IMG/VR virus record: IMGVR_UViG_3300028887_000070
Span: 128,001-192,000 of that record
Direction: 5' to 3' (one strand)
DNA length: 64,000 nucleotides
Origin: a virus
Taxonomy: Duplodnaviria; Caudoviricetes
Made by a program: the position numbers and the translations under genes
Part shown: positions 20,358 through 30,765 of the stretch, piece by piece
How the letters are laid out: each line of letters begins with the position of its first letter
Numbering within the stretch: position 1 is the stretch's first letter
Notes under the pieces: model-generated
Databases searched by the model: none
Seen by the model: the letters and a program-made list of their open reading frames with translations, nothing else
Told to the model about the DNA's origin: nothing

Positions 20358-20703
20358 GATCTATAGAAGAAAGAAGCTAGACGACAATCTATTAGCAGAA
20401 ATCTTTGTCGATAGTCGTTGGCATGGAGATGTTCCAATGAACAAGTATGAGCTCTTAACTGAACTCAAAGATGTCGACAAGCAGGAAAACTATAAAGAGA
20501 ACTATGATGAGATTCAAGGGCCACTTGATTGTCTCTATCTCATAGTACCATTACAGGCCACTGATATAGTAGTACTCGCAAACACTACATGGGAAGGTAC
20601 TTACTTCTGCAGATCATTCGGCTGGTTTGTACTTAATGGGGATAAGTTCGATATCGAAAGCGATGAGCTTGTGAGCTCTATTGTTGCAAGACCGATGCTC
20701 TAA
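20347..20703 (+). CDS. Hypothetical protein, paralog of 19730-20098
   Basis: AAGGAGG RBS before ATG 20347; shared motifs. Confidence 0.75.
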   Translation: MDAKIYRRKKLDDNLLAEIFVDSRWHGDVPMNKYELLTELKDVDKQENYKENYDEIQGPLDCLYLIVPLQATDIVVLANTTWEGTYFCRSFGWFVLNGDKFDIESDELVSSIVARPML

Positions 20704-20755
20704 ACGGCTATACATAGAGAAGAGTGGATCACATCCACTCTTCTTTTTTGTCATG

Positions 20756-20767
20756 AACATCTATGTA
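20756..20767 (+). promoter_or_regulatory. Late promoter AACA-N6-TA (holin)
   Basis: AACA tctatg TA directly after a terminator and upstream of the RBS. Confidence 0.7.
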
Positions 20768-20786
20768 ATAGGAAGGAGGAATCGTA

Positions 20787-21224
20787 ATGGATGAATTCCT
20801 GTCGTCTGTCTCCGAACTATTTCTTGGCAATGGTATAATCATATCATTAGCATGTCTCACAGTAGGTATGTTTCTTAAGGGTACCTTCAAGAAGTTCCCT
20901 AACAAGTATATCCCTTTTAGTAATGTCGTAGTCGCCATTATTGCTGGATTCGCGATACCAGGAACTTATGACGATAAAGACCCAGTGTCAAAGGTGATCA
21001 TACTAGCATTCTTGGGACTTTCCTCTGTAGGCCTTTATGAGTCTCTCTGTGTAATTGTGAAGAAACGGTTCGATATAGACATTGCCGAGATCATTTCTCA
21101 CTATGGGTCTTCTGCCAGTGACCCTAAGACTGGCGAATCTTCCAATGACGTTCTCCTGGATGCTACCACATCAGAGGAGGTCGAAGAAACTATCGATCAA
21201 TCCGAAGACGATGTGCAAACATGA
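20787..21224 (+). CDS. Phage holin (Firmicute type, three TM segments) with acidic tail
   Basis: G..LK...PNKYIP motif, three hydrophobic helices, GL.SVGLYE; late promoter upstream. Confidence 0.7.
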   Translation: MDEFLSSVSELFLGNGIIISLACLTVGMFLKGTFKKFPNKYIPFSNVVVAIIAGFAIPGTYDDKDPVSKVIILAFLGLSSVGLYESLCVIVKKRFDIDIAEIISHYGSSASDPKTGESSNDVLLDATTSEEVEETIDQSEDDVQT

Positions 21225-21326
21225 TCCTGGTGAATGAACATAAGTGGTGTCCGAGGGAGCGCTCCCTCGGACGTCATTCTCGTCTTTTACCATATGCGTA
21301 ACTATCTGATGAAAGGAGGCAATAGT

Positions 21327-21560
21327 ATGTCAGAACCACTCTTCAAGATGGCTGGACCTAAGTACTGTACGAACTGTGGTACTGATGGTTTGTCTATCAT
21401 AGTAGTAAACACTCGTAAAGGTAAAGAGGCTCGATGTATGAGATGTAAGAACTGTAGAGCCGAGTTTGATATAGATTGGAGGAATCCTAGGGCTCCTAGA
21501 CCTCTATCAATGGGTTTATATGCTAATGTATGTCTAAGAGGTTTGAACAAGTATGTGTAA
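21327..21560 (+). CDS. Small zinc-ribbon protein
   Basis: AAAGGAGG RBS; CTNCG and CKNC. Confidence 0.7.
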   Translation: MSEPLFKMAGPKYCTNCGTDGLSIIVVNTRKGKEARCMRCKNCRAEFDIDWRNPRAPRPLSMGLYANVCLRGLNKYV

Positions 21561-21586
21561 AGTTACATACACCATAACATATCATT

Positions 21587-21852
21587 GATGGACGGATAGG
21601 ATAGATAGCTTCATGTTCATCTATATACTTAAAGCTTTATTGTCGTTGACTTGATTTGAAGAGCGTGTTATTGGGACTTAAGTCATCCCAATTCAGGGCA
21701 AGAAGCTATCTATCGTGTCCGCTCCGTCGGATAACAAACTATTCCAAAATAAACCCACTATAACTTCTAGCCTTTGGTAGACCTGACCTTACTTATGGTT
21801 TACAACATCTTAATACTCAGGGGTCCCGAAAGGGACTCCCATCCTTTTTTTT
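21587..21852 (+). ncRNA. Candidate structured non-coding RNA
   Basis: Late promoter AACA tatcat TG (21576-21587); 5' end pairs with ~21702-21728 as a long stem; intrinsic terminator at 21820-21852; no long ORF. Confidence 0.5.
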
Positions 21853-21891
21853 GTTGATTAACCATTCATAATCAATCCAAACACGTACGTT

Positions 21892-21903
21892 AACAATACT
21901 ATA
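21892..21903 (+). promoter_or_regulatory. Late promoter AACA-N6-TA (sbcC)
   Basis: AACA atacta TA upstream of the RBS. Confidence 0.6.
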
Positions 21904-21923
21904 ATCTAGCGAGAAAGGACGTT

Positions 21924-24677
21924 GTGAACGTTATGCGTATAAACTACTTGGAACTGCATAACTATGCAGGTATCTACAATGGCATGGAGCTCAACGAACT
22001 CGTTATCGACTTCTCCAAATGCCAACACAAGATCTGTCTCATTAAGGGAGACAATGGTTCTGGTAAGAGTACAATCATGAAAGCACTCAATCCTCTTCCA
22101 GAGCCTTCATCAGCATTCATTCCAGGAATGGTAGCATATAAGTGTATCGTATATCTTGACGAGTACACTGGTATTATGTATAAGATAGAGTACATCCATG
22201 AAGTGAACTCTAAGGGAGATAGAGCTACTCCTAAGGGTCACATCTACGAGATCACTCCAGCATCAGTTATTGATCTCAATCCTAGCGGTAATGTATCTTC
22301 TGCTAAGGAGATCATCTACGACAAGTTCAGTCTTGATCCTTGTTACTTATCTCTTACTCAGCTTAGCAGTACTAAGAGAGGTATGGCAGACATGAAGCCT
22401 GCAGAGAGAAAGAAGTTCGTCAATAGCATCCTTAATAATGTGGACGCTTATAATGACATGTATAAGGTTCTCAGCAAGAAGAGCATCATGTACAAGGGAG
22501 TCATCAAGAACATCGAGAGTCGTCTCGGTACTATAGGTGATGTAGGTAAGCTCGATCTCAGAATACAGAACCTCACATCAGCAGTTAAGCAGGCTGATGA
22601 GCTTCTTAACGATGAGAAAGACCTTAAGTCTAAGGCAGAAGCAGTCATTCTTACTCTTGATCCTGATGGTACTAAGAACCAAAAGTATCTTGATACTATG
22701 TCAGAAATGACTAAGTGTAAGAGTGACATCGATATGACTGAAAAGGTGATTGATCATAAGTATAGAGGACAGGATGTGTGTAGGATTGATCCTGCTCATC
22801 TTACTACTCAGATAGAACTCGCTAAGCAGAAGAAGAGTTCACTCAATACAGAGATTGGTACTCTTATGTCTAAGACTGAGATTGATACTATAGAGATTAA
22901 CCAGAAGAGACAGAAGCTTAAGGATGTCAACAATGGCGAGTCTCTTGAATATCTTAGAGAACTTAAGAAGAACTTCCAGGCTAGGTTCGGTGAGATAAGA
23001 GAAGAGCTTAGTAAGATCAATATCAACACTCTCGAGATCCCATTCACTAAGGACACACTCGTGCAGTGTATCAGTACTCTATGTGAAGTAAGAGACAGAC
23101 TCTCTTCTTCAGAGTTTGCTGATATAGAGTTCCTTGTAGAGTGTGTATCTGAGTTCGGCCATGAAAGAGACGGAGAGATATCTTCACTCTCTATCATGAA
23201 AGCTGCATCTAAAGCTATGGAGGATAATAAAGAATTCATCAATGCAGCTAAGCAAGATCTTAAGGCTAAAGAAGCTCTCAGGAGTTCATTCGAAGGTCCT
23301 CTTGAGTTTAGACCTAGTGGTTGCACAATTGATGGTTGTCAGTTCATTGCCAATGCTTTACGTAAGAAGCATGAGTATGATACATATCGTAGCGACGAAG
23401 ATTATGAGTCTATCATCAGAAACGCTACTGCTGAATACAATGGCGCTAAGCTTATGTATGAGAAGATGGAAAGAGTAGAGAATGGGTTCCGTGAACTTCA
23501 GATGCTTAAGGCTAAGGTGAATGGTATCTCATCTACTCTTAAGCTTATCACTCCTAAGGAGTTCATGCCTGCATACGACTTCATTGTCAACTTCAAATAC
23601 ACTTCAGATAGTAAGGTAGTCAAGACTATGGAAATCTTCAATCAGTATGTAGACTTCCTCTACAATCATCTCTATGTAGCTAATTCCTTCGAGGAGTATA
23701 AAGACATTCAAAACAATCTCTCTAAGATACAGGGTGACATCGATAGACTTGAGTCTAATGAACAGCTTATCAACATGCTCACTGAAGATATCAATAAGCT
23801 TCAGGATGAGCTCGATACTACTCTTAAAAAGACTCAAGACAATAGATATGAGATAGCTCAGCTCGATATATCTATAACAGACAACGAGAGAAAGCTTGAA
23901 GAAGTTCGCGTTTACAGAGAAGAGATGAACAAGTTGGCTCTACTTTGTGATAAGGTCAAAGAGATTGCTGCTGAGGTTATGACTCTCGAGTCTTCTATGT
24001 CTAAGTTACTGGAAGCTAAGAAGACTATACATGAGTGTGAAGCAAGCATCAAAGAGATCGAAGAGAAGCTCATTCCAATGAAAAAAGAATTGGCTGATCT
24101 GGAGACGTCTAGAAGACTCTATGGCTCATACATAGATGATCTCAAGACTAACAAAGAGATGCTTGATAAGATAGAAATCATCAAGTACTATACTTCTCCT
24201 ACTACTGGTATACAGTTGGTATTCGCTACACTCTATCTAAGTAAGATACTAGAGAAGGCTAACTGGATGCTTTCAGGACTCTTCGGAGGAGCATTCAACA
24301 TACTTCCATTCGTCATTACAGAAGATGAGTTCCGTATACCTATAGCAGTACATGGTGGACTCAATCATGATGACATAACTTCTATGTCATCTGCTCAAGT
24401 AGCTTTGATTAGTATGATCATCAGCATCAGTATGCTTAGTCAGGTCTCTACTAGGATGAATATCATAGTAGGTGATGAGATAGATGCTTCGTTAGATACA
24501 GAGAACAGAAGACGTTTCTTTGACATTCTCTTAGGTCTAATGGACATGGTAAACGCTAGTCAGAGTGTACTGATCTCTCACAACAGTGAGTACACACAGA
24601 ATGAATGTGATGTCATCTGGTTGAGAAACAAGGAGCACATCACAGAAGCAGGTAACATAATCTGGAGCTTTGAGTAA
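21924..24677 (+). CDS. sbcC: SbcC/Rad50-like SMC ATPase
   Basis: Walker A GDNGSGKST, long coiled coil, central CTIDGC hook, signature MSSAQ, Walker B IIVGDEID, LISH. Confidence 0.92.
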   Translation: MNVMRINYLELHNYAGIYNGMELNELVIDFSKCQHKICLIKGDNGSGKSTIMKALNPLPEPSSAFIPGMVAYKCIVYLDEYTGIMYKIEYIHEVNSKGDRATPKGHIYEITPASVIDLNPSGNVSSAKEIIYDKFSLDPCYLSLTQLSSTKRGMADMKPAERKKFVNSILNNVDAYNDMYKVLSKKSIMYKGVIKNIESRLGTIGDVGKLDLRIQNLTSAVKQADELLNDEKDLKSKAEAVILTLDPDGTKNQKYLDTMSEMTKCKSDIDMTEKVIDHKYRGQDVCRIDPAHLTTQIELAKQKKSSLNTEIGTLMSKTEIDTIEINQKRQKLKDVNNGESLEYLRELKKNFQARFGEIREELSKININTLEIPFTKDTLVQCISTLCEVRDRLSSSEFADIEFLVECVSEFGHERDGEISSLSIMKAASKAMEDNKEFINAAKQDLKAKEALRSSFEGPLEFRPSGCTIDGCQFIANALRKKHEYDTYRSDEDYESIIRNATAEYNGAKLMYEKMERVENGFRELQMLKAKVNGISSTLKLITPKEFMPAYDFIVNFKYTSDSKVVKTMEIFNQYVDFLYNHLYVANSFEEYKDIQNNLSKIQGDIDRLESNEQLINMLTEDINKLQDELDTTLKKTQDNRYEIAQLDISITDNERKLEEVRVYREEMNKLALLCDKVKEIAAEVMTLESSMSKLLEAKKTIHECEASIKEIEEKLIPMKKELADLETSRRLYGSYIDDLKTNKEMLDKIEIIKYYTSPTTGIQLVFATLYLSKILEKANWMLSGLFGGAFNILPFVITEDEFRIPIAVHGGLNHDDITSMSSAQVALISMIISISMLSQVSTRMNIIVGDEIDASLDTENRRRFFDILLGLMDMVNASQSVLISHNSEYTQNECDVIWLRNKEHITEAGNIIWSFE

Positions 24678-24685
24678 CAAAAAAT

Positions 24686-24719
24686 AAGTTGAGGGTAGCA
24701 AGTAAGCTACCCTCAACTT
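24686..24719. terminator. Bidirectional intrinsic terminator
   Basis: aagttgagggtagc-aagtaa-gctaccctcaactt between convergent genes. Confidence 0.8.
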
Positions 24720-24735
24720 TGCATCGAGATTACTG

Positions 24736-25092
24736 TCACATGTTTGGAGGTATTATAACAGTGAACGCAAACATCAAACCATACATGATGAAGCCAAGTA
24801 CTGTGAGTATAGCGATAGTGCCGATCGCTATAAGCGTCATCTCAAAGTAACTGAGCTTCTTGTGCAACTGCTGTAATTTGTATCTTGCAGCTGCGACTCC
24901 TTCCAAACAAAGGAATATGATCTCCACCAGATCACATAAGAACTGGTGAATTAGGGATATGATAAGGTATGCACCCCACCATATGATTCCAAGAACGATA
25001 TAGCCTACAAAGGCTACTGTTCTTATCAAGAACCTCGCTTCAGGGCTCTTGACATAGTGATTCAGCGTGTGATGATTATGATTGTTAGTCAT
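24736..25092 (-). CDS. Membrane protein
   Basis: ATG 25092 after GGAAAGGAG; several hydrophobic segments; early promoter at 25124-25133. Confidence 0.65.
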   Translation of the reverse strand: MTNNHNHHTLNHYVKSPEARFLIRTVAFVGYIVLGIIWWGAYLIISLIHQFLCDLVEIIFLCLEGVAAARYKLQQLHKKLSYFEMTLIAIGTIAILTVLGFIMYGLMFAFTVIIPPNM

Positions 25093-25177
25093 AATAGTGC
25101 TCCTTTCCAATTGTTCTACCTCAATAGTATGTATTTGAAAGTCTATATGTTTACGAAGCGGCTTCTTTGAGCTGTTG

Positions 25178-25189
25178 AACATTTTAGTA
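25178..25189 (+). promoter_or_regulatory. Late promoter AACA-N6-TA (virion RNAP gene)
   Basis: AACA ttttag TA. Confidence 0.7.
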
Positions 25190-25214
25190 ATCTAATTGGA
25201 AAGGAGAAGTTCAC

Positions 25215-28200
25215 ATGAGTATTCATATACATGAGCTTAAGCCCTACAAACTCTATAGCTCTAACAACAAGCTATACTTACCGTTGAATGAAGACTCTAA
25301 CAAGAAGGGTAGTGCTGTTATCCTTCTTACCCCTAACCTCGAATCATCTATAGGAGTAATCAACTCTAAGACCTTTATCAACAGAGCATGGTTCCAGTCC
25401 TACTATCTTGAGAAGAGCATCAATACTATTCTTACTCAAGAGAACTACATACAGAGCTTTGTAGACTCTACTGACAGATTCCTCGACTATATCTTCGTAG
25501 AGGCTAAGCTCCCCTCTGATAAGAGGAACAAACTCGATGACAAGCAGTTCGGCATTCCTAGTAAGAGGAAGTATCCTCTGAATGATGAAGCCCATGTTCG
25601 TGCTGCAGTGAGGATGTTCAACCATGTACATCCCGAAGATGAGAAGACACTTGCTCGTAACATCGTAAAGGCTATCAAGAAGTACAATATCACCGACCTT
25701 GAAGTAGGAGAAAACAATCGCTTCCATAAGTACTATCATCCTATCAAGGAGATGACATTTGACGATTATGATATCTACTTCTTCAAGGATACTGCTACTA
25801 TCACTAAGGAGTTCAAGGAGTGTGATACACTTTACTCTAAGGAGTATGGTAGAGGTATGACCCTTAAGGGAAGTGTAAACGACATTAAGATCCTCGTGAA
25901 AGCATATCACGAGGGCGAGAATGAGCTTGCTGGTTTTATATATGGTCGCAAGGAGTCTGTATCAGGTAAGACACTCGAGTGTACTATCTGTGTAGATCCT
26001 AATGAAGAGTATCAGGAGTACTGTACTAATGCTTTGATCTATGGTATGAGGAGTCATATCATGACAAACATGAAGGGTAAGTACGAGTATGCTACTATCT
26101 ATTACGATGAAGACATGACTCAGGTTATGACTCGTATAGCTACAAAATATAAGACTCTTCTCAAGGGTGAAGCACTCACTGGTATAGACAACAAAAAGGC
26201 TTCCAGAAAGAGTATCAAGCTTGTTCTTAAGGAAGAGACTGTACCTCTTGAGGAAAGCTACAAAGTAGATAGAGTCAGCGAAGCCACAATGACAGAGTTG
26301 GGTCTTCAGAGTGGAAACGAGATCATCATATGTGATGATGTCTTCAATGAAGATACTGTTGCTCGTAACAGTGCTAAGCTTAAGCAGATACTCTATCCAG
26401 AGAGAATACGTAATCAGAAGGATATCACTGCTATCTACAAGGCTGTAAAGAGTCAGTGTCCTTCTATTAGATTCACCTACTTCAACTATCCCGCTTATAA
26501 GATGAAGAATCTCTATGTAGATACATCTTACTACAACAAGGCATTCTTCGAGAATAAGAACAACACCTTTGTTAACGATAAGGCTGTTGACCTCTACTAC
26601 GATCTCATCGGTAGACTGCTCAACAACAAGGCTTTCGTTAACTCTGGATATACTAAGAAGACTCTTGTTATCCCAGTTATCGACTGGAACAAGAAGAATG
26701 GCGATATTCTCGACTACAGAGAGAATATCAATCCTATCTCTATCATGATACGTCTCCTTAGAACCAATAAGGTAGGCAAACTTCGTACTCTCTTCGGAGA
26801 TATGGATACTATCTTTCTTGGTGCTACAGGATACTTCAAGATCAACTTCCAGAACTTCGATAAGAATGTGATGTCTAAGTTCATGAACAATATCCGTACA
26901 CTCATCTCTAAGGCTCCTATAGAGGATGATGAGATGGTTCAGGATACTCCAGATGCTATAGTAACAGACATTGTAGATAAGCTGGAGAAGAGTCAGGGTA
27001 TACAGATGTATGCTCTTACTGGTACTAAGGGTGCTAGCAATAAGAGTTCACTATCTGGTCTTGCTAACAAGCTGGCTAGACTTCCAGAATCTCCTAAGGA
27101 TGAAAAGAAGGAGACTCCTAAGAAGGAGACAACTCCAAAGCCTGTAGAAAAGAAGGAAGAGCCTAAGAAGACAGAAACTACTGTTAAGGCTACTACCAAA
27201 ACTACAACTCCTAAGGAAGACAAGGAGAAGGTAGTTCCTAAGGAAGTAGGTCCTGCTAAGTCTGATAAGCAGGCTGAAACAGAGGATACTCTTCAGAAGA
27301 AAGTTAAAGTAGCTAAGGCTATAGCTGATGCTGCTTCTACATCTACCTCTACAGATGAAGCTATAGAGAAGCTCAACAACGACGAGTATATAGCTAACCT
27401 TATCAAGGACATCGCAGATGAAGAGTCTAATGGTGTTAAGGTATCTAGTGCTCGTACAGCACGTATCAACACTCTGAATGACAACTTCAAGACTCAGTCT
27501 GTAAAGGGTAAGTCTGTTAAGGAACTCATTGAGAAGTCTCAGGATACTGAGCTTGAAGAAGAGCTTCCTAAGACCTCACTCAGTATCAACTCTATCAACA
27601 AGGATCAGTGGTCTAATCTCCAGTACATCAACTTTAACAAGGAGTATGATGTAGATGAGGATATCATGGCAATCCTTTCTTTCTTCGGTACTAGAACAGT
27701 TCCTGTAGCTGTAAGAGATGTCAATGTAGAAGATACTTCTACTTCAGAAGACCTCATAGAGACATGGACTGCTCATATGGAAGACATTCATGGTACTCGT
27801 TTCACTCTCAAGTTTGATATCCCTAAGTTCATCAATAATCGTTTCATGAGACTTAGAGGTAATGATAAGGCTATCAATGCTCAGCTCATGAATCTTCCTA
27901 TCATAAAGACTGAGAAGGACGTTTGTCAGATCACTACAAATTATAACAAGATCTTCTTCAGAGTATATGGCTCTTCACTTGGTAAGAGTAACCTGTATGC
28001 TGACAAGATCTGTAAGACACTCAATAAGCTTGAAGGAAAGCATATCAATGTAAAGCTGGGTAACAACTACATCGGATCTCTGAAGTATGATCTTCCTATA
28101 GACTATATAGATCTTGGTACTAACTACTCTATGCTTTCATATAAGCACTATACATTCTACTTCGACCAGGATGTAATCAGAGAGAAGTATAAGGATAAGC

Positions 28201-30530
28201 TTGATCTTAAGCAGGGTACTCCTATAGGATACGACTCGCTTAAGGGAGAGATCATCTATCACCCAAACACAAACGTTATCTGTACTCAGATGATAGCAGA
28301 CTATCTCTGCCAATGTCCTGAGTTTAAGGAAATCTACGATGAGTGTAAGGCTAGTGTAAGATACTCTTATTCAGACGCTTCAATCATGACTACTACTATC
28401 CCTGTAGTTGTAATCTGCTGCTACTGTGAGGGACTTACTAAGACTCTCTCAAAGGCTAATATAGAGTACAGAATCAGTGAGACTCGTTCTTATGATAGAG
28501 CTACAGAGGACATCATCAAGTTCTCAGATGCTTATCTTATCTACAAGATCAACTACTCATCATCTATGCTTATGAATGGTCTTAAGGGTGTACCTACAGA
28601 TACATACTCTATCAAGGACATCAACACTAAGCAGATGTGGACAGAAGCACTCGACCTCTATGGCGGACGTATCAAGGCAGACGGTCTGGATAACTTCTAT
28701 GACCTCATGTTCGATCCTATCTCTAAGAGAACTTGTGAAGCATATGATATCCCTTCAGACTTCTGTTCTGCTCTCATCTATGCTTCAAACATGCTGGTTG
28801 ACTCTAAGTATAACAAGCATACAGACATTACTGGTAACAGATTCAGAACTAATGAGCTTGTTGCTGGTTATACATATAAGGCTCTTGCTAAGGCATATGC
28901 TGAGTATAGGACTCGTCTTAAGAAGACAGGTAAGGGTAACATGTCACTCAAGCAGTCTGCTATCATAGACCTTATCCTTCTCGACAACACTACTGGTGAT
29001 GCTTCTACAATCAATGATCTCTGTTACGCAGAAGCTGCTAACACTGTATCATTCAAGGGACTCTCTGGTATGAACTCAGAACGTTCTTACTCACTTGATA
29101 AGAGAACCTTCGATGATTCTATGAATGGTATACTCGGTATGTCTACTGGATTCGCTTCTACAGTTGGTACAGTAAGACAGACTACAGTCAATGCCAACGT
29201 TGCTGGTAAGAGAGGATACATCAAGGACACTGCTGGAAATACAGAGATCATGAATGATGTCAATACTATGGCTATGAATGAGGCTCTTGTTCCTGGCTGT
29301 ACTACACACGATGACCCATTCCGACTCGCTATGTCATTCACTCAGAGAACTAAACATGGTATGCGTGTACAGGGTGGTGATCCTTTACTCGTTACCAACG
29401 GTGCAGATGATGCTCTCGCTAACTTCACTCCAGACGTATTCTCAGTATGTGCTAAGCAGGATGGTAAGATAGTAGAGAGAACTGATGAGTATATAGTAGT
29501 CAAGTACAAGGATGGCTCTATAGACTATGTAGAACTTCGTAACAAGGTCTATAAGAACTCAGATGGTGGTTTCTATGCATCTGTTAAACTCAAAGCATCA
29601 GACAAGCTTGGCGGTACTGTAAAGGCTGGTCAGGTAATTGCCTATGATCCTCTGAGCTATGATCAGCATATGGGCTACGATGACAATCCTACATATATTC
29701 AGGGTGCTCTGCTTAAGGTAGGTATCATGACTACAGATGAAGGATTCGAAGACTCTACTGCTGTATCTAGCTATGTATGTGAAGCTCTTTCTTCAGATAT
29801 CATTACTCAGGTTGATATCAATCTTGAGAAGGGAACTAACGTATTCAATCTCGTTAAGATTGGTCAGCCTATCCAGGAGGGTGATCCTCTTCTCGTTATA
29901 CAGAACTCTTACGAAGATGACGATGTCAATACACTTCTTAAGAACCTTGTAGATGATGAAGAGACAGTAACTTCTCTTGGTCGTATACCTATCAAGTCAC
30001 ATAACACTGGCTATATAGAAGACATCAAGATGTATAGAACTTGTGAAATCTCAGAACTCTCACCATCTCTCCAGAAGATAGTAAAGGAGTATGAGAAGAA
30101 GCAGGGTGAGATTCGTAAGACTATCGAGAAGTACGACAAGGTAAAGGCTCAGTCCTATACTAACGACCAGAAGCTCTCTAATACAGGAAAGCTTAAGGGC
30201 CTTGAGTCAGGAGTACTGATAGAGGTCTATGTTAGATACAAGGATGACTTCGCTACAGGAGATAAGCTTATCGCACTCGGAGCTCAAAAGGGCGTATGTA
30301 AGGAAGTCTTCCCTAAGGGCAAGGAACCTAAATCTGAATACAGACCAGACGAACCAATCGATGTACTCTTCTCTATGAGATCCTTTGATGCTCGTATGTG
30401 TGCTACTCCGCTTCTCCATGGTATGGCTAACAAGTTCCTCGTAGAACTTGATCGTCAGGTTAAGGATATTATGGGTATCAAGCAAGACTACACTGTACAC
30501 CGTAAGGACATAGAAGACAAGCTCAAGTAA
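25215..30530 (+). CDS. Virion RNA polymerase beta subunit, large N-terminal part, with accessory N-terminal domains
   Basis: HDDPFRLAMSFTQ, GFEDS, GDKL....AQKGV, PIDVLFS..SFDARM; lacks the RpoB tail found in 1-672; late promoter. Confidence 0.88.
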   Translation: MSIHIHELKPYKLYSSNNKLYLPLNEDSNKKGSAVILLTPNLESSIGVINSKTFINRAWFQSYYLEKSINTILTQENYIQSFVDSTDRFLDYIFVEAKLPSDKRNKLDDKQFGIPSKRKYPLNDEAHVRAAVRMFNHVHPEDEKTLARNIVKAIKKYNITDLEVGENNRFHKYYHPIKEMTFDDYDIYFFKDTATITKEFKECDTLYSKEYGRGMTLKGSVNDIKILVKAYHEGENELAGFIYGRKESVSGKTLECTICVDPNEEYQEYCTNALIYGMRSHIMTNMKGKYEYATIYYDEDMTQVMTRIATKYKTLLKGEALTGIDNKKASRKSIKLVLKEETVPLEESYKVDRVSEATMTELGLQSGNEIIICDDVFNEDTVARNSAKLKQILYPERIRNQKDITAIYKAVKSQCPSIRFTYFNYPAYKMKNLYVDTSYYNKAFFENKNNTFVNDKAVDLYYDLIGRLLNNKAFVNSGYTKKTLVIPVIDWNKKNGDILDYRENINPISIMIRLLRTNKVGKLRTLFGDMDTIFLGATGYFKINFQNFDKNVMSKFMNNIRTLISKAPIEDDEMVQDTPDAIVTDIVDKLEKSQGIQMYALTGTKGASNKSSLSGLANKLARLPESPKDEKKETPKKETTPKPVEKKEEPKKTETTVKATTKTTTPKEDKEKVVPKEVGPAKSDKQAETEDTLQKKVKVAKAIADAASTSTSTDEAIEKLNNDEYIANLIKDIADEESNGVKVSSARTARINTLNDNFKTQSVKGKSVKELIEKSQDTELEEELPKTSLSINSINKDQWSNLQYINFNKEYDVDEDIMAILSFFGTRTVPVAVRDVNVEDTSTSEDLIETWTAHMEDIHGTRFTLKFDIPKFINNRFMRLRGNDKAINAQLMNLPIIKTEKDVCQITTNYNKIFFRVYGSSLGKSNLYADKICKTLNKLEGKHINVKLGNNYIGSLKYDLPIDYIDLGTNYSMLSYKHYTFYFDQDVIREKYKDKLDLKQGTPIGYDSLKGEIIYHPNTNVICTQMIADYLCQCPEFKEIYDECKASVRYSYSDASIMTTTIPVVVICCYCEGLTKTLSKANIEYRISETRSYDRATEDIIKFSDAYLIYKINYSSSMLMNGLKGVPTDTYSIKDINTKQMWTEALDLYGGRIKADGLDNFYDLMFDPISKRTCEAYDIPSDFCSALIYASNMLVDSKYNKHTDITGNRFRTNELVAGYTYKALAKAYAEYRTRLKKTGKGNMSLKQSAIIDLILLDNTTGDASTINDLCYAEAANTVSFKGLSGMNSERSYSLDKRTFDDSMNGILGMSTGFASTVGTVRQTTVNANVAGKRGYIKDTAGNTEIMNDVNTMAMNEALVPGCTTHDDPFRLAMSFTQRTKHGMRVQGGDPLLVTNGADDALANFTPDVFSVCAKQDGKIVERTDEYIVVKYKDGSIDYVELRNKVYKNSDGGFYASVKLKASDKLGGTVKAGQVIAYDPLSYDQHMGYDDNPTYIQGALLKVGIMTTDEGFEDSTAVSSYVCEALSSDIITQVDINLEKGTNVFNLVKIGQPIQEGDPLLVIQNSYEDDDVNTLLKNLVDDEETVTSLGRIPIKSHNTGYIEDIKMYRTCEISELSPSLQKIVKEYEKKQGEIRKTIEKYDKVKAQSYTNDQKLSNTGKLKGLESGVLIEVYVRYKDDFATGDKLIALGAQKGVCKEVFPKGKEPKSEYRPDEPIDVLFSMRSFDARMCATPLLHGMANKFLVELDRQVKDIMGIKQDYTVHRKDIEDKLK

Positions 30531-30625
30531 CATATCAGTGTGTAGTAGTTAGTGGTTTCTCTACTACATGGTCTACATTCTTTCACTAGGACTCTAAGTC
30601 CAGACACAATTCCCAAAAGGCAAAT

Positions 30626-30649
30626 GCGGAGTACCTTTCGGTACTCCGT
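30626..30649. terminator. Hairpin terminator between the vRNAP gene and the tRNA
   Basis: gcggagtacc-tttc-ggtactccgt. Confidence 0.65.
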
Positions 30650-30691
30650 ATCTGCTTCTTTAGAAGGTATATCACATATGACAGTAACGTT

Positions 30692-30765
30692 TGGTTAGGG
30701 TAGCGGGGTTCGAACCCACGATCGCAGATTCAAAATCTGCTGCCTTACCGCTTGGCCATACCCTA
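30692..30765 (-). tRNA. trnQ: tRNA-Gln (anticodon UUG) with encoded CCA
   Basis: Reverse complement TAGGGTA-TGGCCAAGCGGTAAGGC-A-GCAGA-TTTTGAA-TCTGC-GATC-GTGGGTTCGAACCCCGC-TACCCTA-A-CCA. Confidence 0.95.
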
